Below, piece after piece: positions 57,570 to 64,000 of a stretch of DNA of 64,000 nucleotides (the stretch's first letter is position 1; each line of letters opens with the position of its first letter). This stretch comes from the human T2T-CHM13v2.0 reference genome, Homo sapiens. Position numbers and translations under genes: made by a program. Below the pieces are notes generated by a model that was not told the DNA's origin, made no database searches, and worked only from the letters and a program-made list of their open reading frames with translations. The DNA is taken from the NCBI RefSeq assembly GCF_009914755.1, contig NC_060942.1; one strand, written 5' to 3'.

Positions 57570-58600
57570 ATGAGGAAAAAGCAGTGCAAAAATTCCGAAA
57601 ATTCCAAAAACCAGAATGCCTCTTCTCTACCAAATGATCAAAACTCCTCTTCAGCAAGGGCACAAAACTGGACAGAGAATTGGGGCACAAAAACTGGACA
57701 GAGTTTGATGAATTTACAGAAGTAGGCTTTAGAAGGTGGGTAATAACAAACTCCTCTGACCTAGAGGAGCATGTTCTAACCCAATGCAAGGAAGGTAAGA
57801 ATCTTGACAAAAGGTTACAGGAATGGCTAACTAGAATAACCAGTTTAGAGAAGAACATGAATGACCTGATGGAGCTGAGAAACACAGCACGAGAACTTTG
57901 TGAAGCATACACAAGTATCAATAGCCGAATCAATCAAGCGGAAGAAAGGATATCAGAGATTGAAGATCAACTTAATGAAATAAGGCGTGAAGACATGATT
58001 AGAGAAAAAAGAATGAAAAGGAGCAAAAAAAGCCTCCAAGAAATATGGGACTATGTGAAAAGACCAAACCTATGATTGATTGGGGCAGAGAGAATGCCAC
58101 CAAGTTGGAAAACACTCTTCAGGATATTATCCAGGAGGACTTCGCCAACCTAGCAAGACAGGCCAACATTCAAATTCAGGAAATACAGAGAACACCACTA
58201 AGATACTCCTTGAGAAGAGCAACCCCAAGACACATAATCGTCAGATTCTTCAAGGTTGAAATGAAGGAACAGATGTTAAGGGCAGCCAGAGAGAAAGGTC
58301 AGGTTACCTATAAAGAGAAGCTCATCAGACTAACAGCAGAGCTCTCTACAGAAACCCTACAAGCCAGAAGACAGTGGGGGCCAATATTCAACATCTTAAA
58401 GAAAAGGGTTTTCAACCCAGAATTTCATATCCAGCCAAACTAAGTTTCGTAAGTGAAGGAGAAATAAAATCCTTTACAGACAAGCAAATGCTGAGGGATT
58501 TTGTCCTCCACCAGGCCTGCCTTACAAGAGCTCCTGAAGAAAGCACTAAGTATGGAAAGGAAAAACTAGTACCAGCCACTTCAAAAACACACCAAAATAT
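57570..58600 (+). pseudogene. Disrupted L1 ORF1
   Basis: Fragments KSLQEIWDYVKRPNL, RRATPRHIIVRF and FQPRISYPAKLSF occur in different frames. Confidence 0.9.
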
Positions 58601-58665
58601 GAAGACCAACGGCACATTGAAGAAACTGCATCAACTAATGTGCAAAATAACCAGCTAGCATCATG

Positions 58666-58996
58666 ATGACAGGATCAAATTCACACATACAATATTAACT
58701 TTAAGTGTAAATGGGCTAAATGCCCCAATTAAAAGACAGACTGGCAAATTGGATAAAAGGTCAAGACCCATTGGAGTGCTGTATTCAGGAGACCCATCTC
58801 ACATACAGAGACACACATAGGCTCAGGTTAAAGGGAGGAAGGAATATTTACCAAGAAAATGTAAAGCAAAAAAAAGCAGGGTTTGCAATCCTAGTCTCTG
58901 ATAAAACAGACTTTAAGCCAGCAAAGATCAAAAAAGACAAAGAAGGGCATTACATAATGGTAAAGGGATCAATGCAACAAGAAGAGCTAACTATTC

Positions 58997-59033
<37 letters not shown>

Positions 59034-62000
59034 CCAATACTGGAGCACCCAGATTCATAAGACAGGTTCTTAGAGACCTAGAAAGAGACTTACAGACTCC
59101 CAGACAATAAAAGTGGGAGACTTTAACACCCCACCCAATATTAGACAGATCAATGAGACAGAAAATTAACAAGAATATTCAGGACTTGAACTCAGCTCTG
59201 GACCAAGCATACCTAATAGAAATCTGCAGAACTCACAACCCCATATCAACAGAATATACATTCTTCTCAGCACCACATCGCACTTATTCTAAAATCGACC
59301 ACATGACTGGTAGTAAAACACTCCTCAGAAAATGCAAAAGAACAGAAACTATAACAGTCTCTCAGACCACAAATTAGAACTCAGGATTAAGAAACTAACT
59401 CAAAACTGCACAACTACATGGAAACTGAACAACATGCTCCTGAATCACTACTGAGTAAATAACTAAATTAAGGCAGAAATAACGTAGTTCTTTGAAACCA
59501 TGAGAACAAAGAGACAACGTACCAGAATCTCTGGGACACAGCTAAAGCAGTGTTTAGAGGGAAATTTATAGAGCACTAAATGCCCATATCAAAAAGCGGG
59601 AAGATCTAAAATCAACAACCTAACATCACAATTAAAAGAACTGGAGAACCAAGAGCAAACAAATTCAAAAGCAGGCAGAAGACAAGAAATAATTAAGATC
59701 AGAGCAGAACTGAAGGAGATAGAGACATGAAGAACCCTTCAAAAAATCAATGAATCCAGGAGCTGATTTTTTGAAAAGATTAACACAATAGATAGACCAG
59801 TAGCTAGACTAATGAAGAAGAAGACAGAGAAGAATCAAATAGACAAAATAAAAAATGATAATGGGGATATCGCCACTGACCCCACAGAGATACAAACTAT
59901 CATCAGAGAATACTATAAACACCTCTAGGCAAAGAAACTAAAAAATCTAGAATAAATGGATAAATTCCTGGACACATACACCCTACGGAGACTAAACCAG
60001 GAAGAAACTGAATCCCTGAATAGACCAATAAGAAGTTCTGAAATTGAGGCAGTAATTAATAGCCTGTCAACCAAAAATAGCACAGGACCAGGCGGATTCA
60101 CAGTGAAATTCTACCAGAGGTACAAAAAGGAGATGGTGCCATTCCTTCTGAAGCTATTCCAAACAGTAGAAAAAGAGGGAATCCTCCCTAACTCATCTTA
60201 TGAGGCCAGCATCATCCTGATTCCAAAACCTGACGGAGACACAACAATAAAAGAAAATTTTACACCAATATTCCTGATAAACATCGATGCAAAAATCCTT
60301 AATAAAGTACTGGCAATCTGAATCCAGCAGCACATCAAAAAGCTTATCCAACACGATCAAGTCAGCTTCATCCCTGGGATGCAAGACTGGTTCAACATAT
60401 GCAAATCAATAAATGTAATCCATTGCATAAACAGAACCATTGACAAAAACCACGTGACTATCTCAATAGATGCAGAAAAGGCCTTCGATAGAATTCAACC
60501 TCCCCTCATGCTAAAAACACTCAATAAACTAGGTTTTGATGGAACATTTCTCAAAATAATAAGAGCTATTCATGACAAACCCATAGCCAATATCATACTA
60601 AATGGGCAAAAGCTGGAAGCATTCCCTTTGAAAACCGGCACAAGGATGCCCTCTCTCACCACTCCTATTCAACATAGTATTGGAAGTTCTGGCCAGGGCA
60701 ATCAGGCAAGAGAAAGAAATAAAGGATATTCAAATAGAAAGACAGGAAGTCAAACTGTCTCTGTTTGTAGAGGACATGATTGTGCATTTAGAAAACCCCA
60801 TCATCTCAGCCCCAAAAAAAACTCCTTAAACTGATAAACAACTTCAGCAAAGTCTCAGGAGACAAATCATTGTGCAAAAATCACAAGCATTCCTATACAC
60901 CAAGCAGAGAGTGAAATCATGAGTGAGCTCCCATTCACAGTTATTACAAATAAAATAAAATACCTAGGAATATAACTTACACGGGATGTGAAGGACCTCT
61001 TCAAGGAGAACTACAACCACGGCTCAAGGAAATAAGAGAGGACACAAACAAATGGAAAAACATTCCATCCCCTTGTATAGGAAGAATCAATATCGTGAAA
61101 ATGGCCATACTGCCCAAAGTAATTTATAGATTCAATGCTATTCCCATCAAACTACCATTAATATTCATCACATAATTAGAAAAAAACTATTTTAAATTTT
61201 ATATGGAATCAAAGAAGATCCCATATAGCCAAGACAATCCTAAGCAAAAAGAACAAATCTGGAGGCATCATGCTACCTGACTTCAAACTATACTACAAGT
61301 CTACAGTAACCAAAACAGCATGGTACTGGTACCAAAACAGACATATAGACCAATGGAGCAGAACAGAGACCTCAAAAATAACACCACACATCTACAACCA
61401 TCTGATCTTCAACAAACCTGACAAAAATAAGCAATGGGGAAAGGATCTCCTATTAAGTAAATGATGCTGGGAAAACTGGCTAGCCATTTGCAGAAAACAG
61501 AAACTGGACCCCTTCATTACACTTTATACAAAAATTAACTCAAGATGGATTAAGGACTTAAATGTAAAACCTAAAACCATGGACACTCTAGAAGAAAATC
61601 TAGGCAATACCATTCAGGACATAGGCATGGGCAAAAACTTCATGACCAAAACACCAAAAGCAATGGCAACAAAAGCCAAAATTGACAAATGGGATCTAAT
61701 TAAACTAAAGAGCTTCTGCTCAGCAAAATAAACTATCATCAGAATGAACAGACAACCTACAGAATGGGGGAAAATTTTTTAATGTATCCATCTGACAAAA
61801 GTCTAATATCCAGAATTTACAAGGAAATTAAACAAATTTACAAGAAAAAACAACCCCATCAAAAAGTGGGCAAAGGATATGAACAGACAGTTCTCAAAAG
61901 AAGACTATTATGCAGCCAACAAATGTATGAAAAAATGCTCATCATCACTGGTCATTAGAGAAATGCAAATCAAAACCACAATGAGATAACATCTCACACC

Positions 62001-62480
62001 AGTTAGAATGGCAATCATTAAAATGCAAGGAAACAACAGATGCTGGAGAGGATGTGGAGAAATAGGAACACTTTTACACTGTTGGTGGGAGTGTAAATTA
62101 GTTCAACCATTGTGGAAGACAGTGTGGCAATCCTCAAGGATCTGGAACCAGAAATACTATTTGACCCAGCAATCCCATTACTGGGTATATACCTAAAGAA
62201 ATATAAATCATTCTACTGTAAAGACACATGCACACATATGTTTATTTCAGCACTATTTACAATAGCAAAACTTGGAGCCAACCCAAATGCGCATTCATGA
62301 TAGACTGCATAAAGAAAATGTGGCACATATATACCATGAAATACTATGCAGCCATACATAAAAAAGAATGAGTTCATGTCCTTTGCAGGACATGGATAAA
62401 GCTGGAAGCCATCATCCTTAGCAAACTAACAGAGGAACAGAAAACCAAACACTGTATGTTCTCTCTTATAAGTGGGAGCT
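58666..62480 (+). pseudogene. Disrupted L1 ORF2 (EN/RT)
   Basis: CCIQETHL EN motif and many stops/frameshifts. The catalytic FADD is mutated to FVED (60761-60778), and a (TA)n expansion lies at ~59000-59029. Confidence 0.9.
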
Positions 62481-62769
62481 GAACAATGAGAACACATGGA
62501 CACAGGGAGGGGAACATCACACACTGGGGCCTGTCAGGGGGTGGGAGGAAAGCGGAGGGAGAGCATTAGTACAAATATCTAATGCATGCGGAGCTTAAAA
62601 CCTAGATGATGGGTTGATAGATGCAGCGAACCACCACGGCACATGTATATCTATGTAACAAACCTGCACATTCAGCACATGTATCGCAGAACTTAAAAAA
62701 AAATAAAAAATAAAGATACAAATTTGTTTTGCAAAAAAAAAAAAAAAAAAAAAAAAGAATAACATTTCC

Positions 62770-63420
62770 CCTCCCATCCCTCTGTACTCCCTTCTCTGGC
62801 TAAAGTGTTCACAATATAAGTCTTCAACTCTGAACCCTATTGACTAATTGGCTGTTTTTCTTCCTTAGGTGAGAGAGAAAGACTAGAGGAGGCTGGTTTG
62901 GGAAGACTGTCCTTCTCCTAGGTGGGATAAAACTCTGGGAAAGCCTTTTTTCCTCTGGAGAGTAGGATTTTCTTGTGGAGAAGGATCTTGGTGTATTTGA
63001 CAATGATCTGCCAGAAGGATCCTCCTTAGTTTCATTCACCATGAGAACCTGGTGGTCTTCCTGGAGGTATAAAGGTCATGAAATTGTGGGGTCCTCCTAA
63101 GAACGTGTTCTTGTGCCAGAAATTTTTTACACTTATGCTCTTTCACTTATCTTCCAGCAGTTTGTCAAAGTTACCATTTAATTGTTCTTACAAGTTTATG
63201 ACACTAGCAGCTTTTGCTCCAGGTAAGCATATCTCAGCAGGGACTAGGTTCACCTGTCTCTCCAGATTTCCAGATGGCAGTTTGCTCTGCAATTGCAGTA
63301 ATCTGATGGGTCCAAGAGAAGTCATTGATTCCAACTTTCTCCAGCCCTTTTTTTCCCCTTGCAATGACAGGAGTGATGACTTCTAAGCTATTTGCATGTT
63401 AAAACTGAATCCAGAAGTCA
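62770..63420 (-). mobile_element. Continuation (5' region) of the old L1MC/MD host
   Basis: gagaacctggtggtcttcctggaggta...gtggggtcc and ggtccaagagaagtcattgat resemble L1M 5'-end sequence. Contiguous with the left part across the L1PA7 TSD. Confidence 0.55.
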
Positions 63421-64000
63421 CCAAAAAGCCTTTTAATCATATCTTTTTTCTCTGTTTTCTCTATTTCAGTTTTAGGCCTTTGAGAAATTAAAAATTAGCA
63501 GAAAATACATTACTTTATTTTAGGAGCTAACAGTTTAGGGATAAGGATCATACATGCATACATACATATGGATATTATAAAGTGCCTAATTCTACTTAAT
63601 CTGTAACTCCATATCTCTCTGGAATGTGAATTTTCTAGACAATTGATTCTCTGGAAAATAGTTTTTGAATTTATGTGTCTGATATTTTTTTCCCAAAGTG
63701 AGAAAAAAAAATCAGTCTTCTTGAGCGGTATATATCAAACATAATTTATGCTTCTTTTGATGACTCAGAGTTCAGATATAATTATAATGTGTGGTCTCAG
63801 GTACTCTGTAAAAACCTCAGATCTTATTGGTCTTTATGTTGGCTTTATAGATTAGCCTGTATTTGCAAGTTCTTGGGTTGTCTTTCACATTATTTATTTT
63901 TCTTGTTCATTTCAGGTTTCAGTTGACACTTATTTATGTTGCCAGTTTGCTTCCATCAGGGTCAAAGTTGTGAATTCTGTGTCTAAAATAAAGCACGTTG

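Larger units (their letters stand above)
56860..62754 (+). mobile_element. Full-length, inactive L1PA7-like LINE-1
   Basis: 5'UTR, ORF1 (ATG 57570), ORF2 (ATG 58666), 3'UTR and poly(A). Perfect 15-bp TSD aagaataacatttcc at 56845-56859 and 62755-62769. Confidence 0.95.

Overview
Primate (human-like), AT-rich, repeat-dense intergenic or deep-intronic DNA. I find no supportable protein-coding exon or RNA gene: every recognisable ORF in the track is a fragment of L1 ORF1/ORF2, Alu or ERV env. Main contents: a 5'-inverted (twin-primed) L1PA4/5-like element (1-3430); a complete minus-strand MER57-type ERV1 provirus with both LTRs, 4-bp TSD, tRNA-Leu PBS, PPT, an env remnant and two nested solo LTRs (41959-49210); a full-length but dead L1PA7-like element with a 15-bp TSD and an 18-nt 3' transduction (56860-62754) inside an old L1MC/MD; and many Alu, MIR, L2, L1M, MaLR and DNA-transposon fossils. 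A strong CTCF motif lies at ~21.2 kb. The most unusual signal not explained by repeat families is a set of short (25-230 bp) segments copied from within 0.3-4 kb, in direct and inverted orientation, at 22.7-28.3 kb, 34.8-37.9 kb and 52.9/55.3 kb. These look like fossil template-switching or polymerase-theta repair events. Subfamily names are recognised by eye from remembered consensus sequences and need Dfam/RepeatMasker confirmation. Boundaries of old repeats are approximate.
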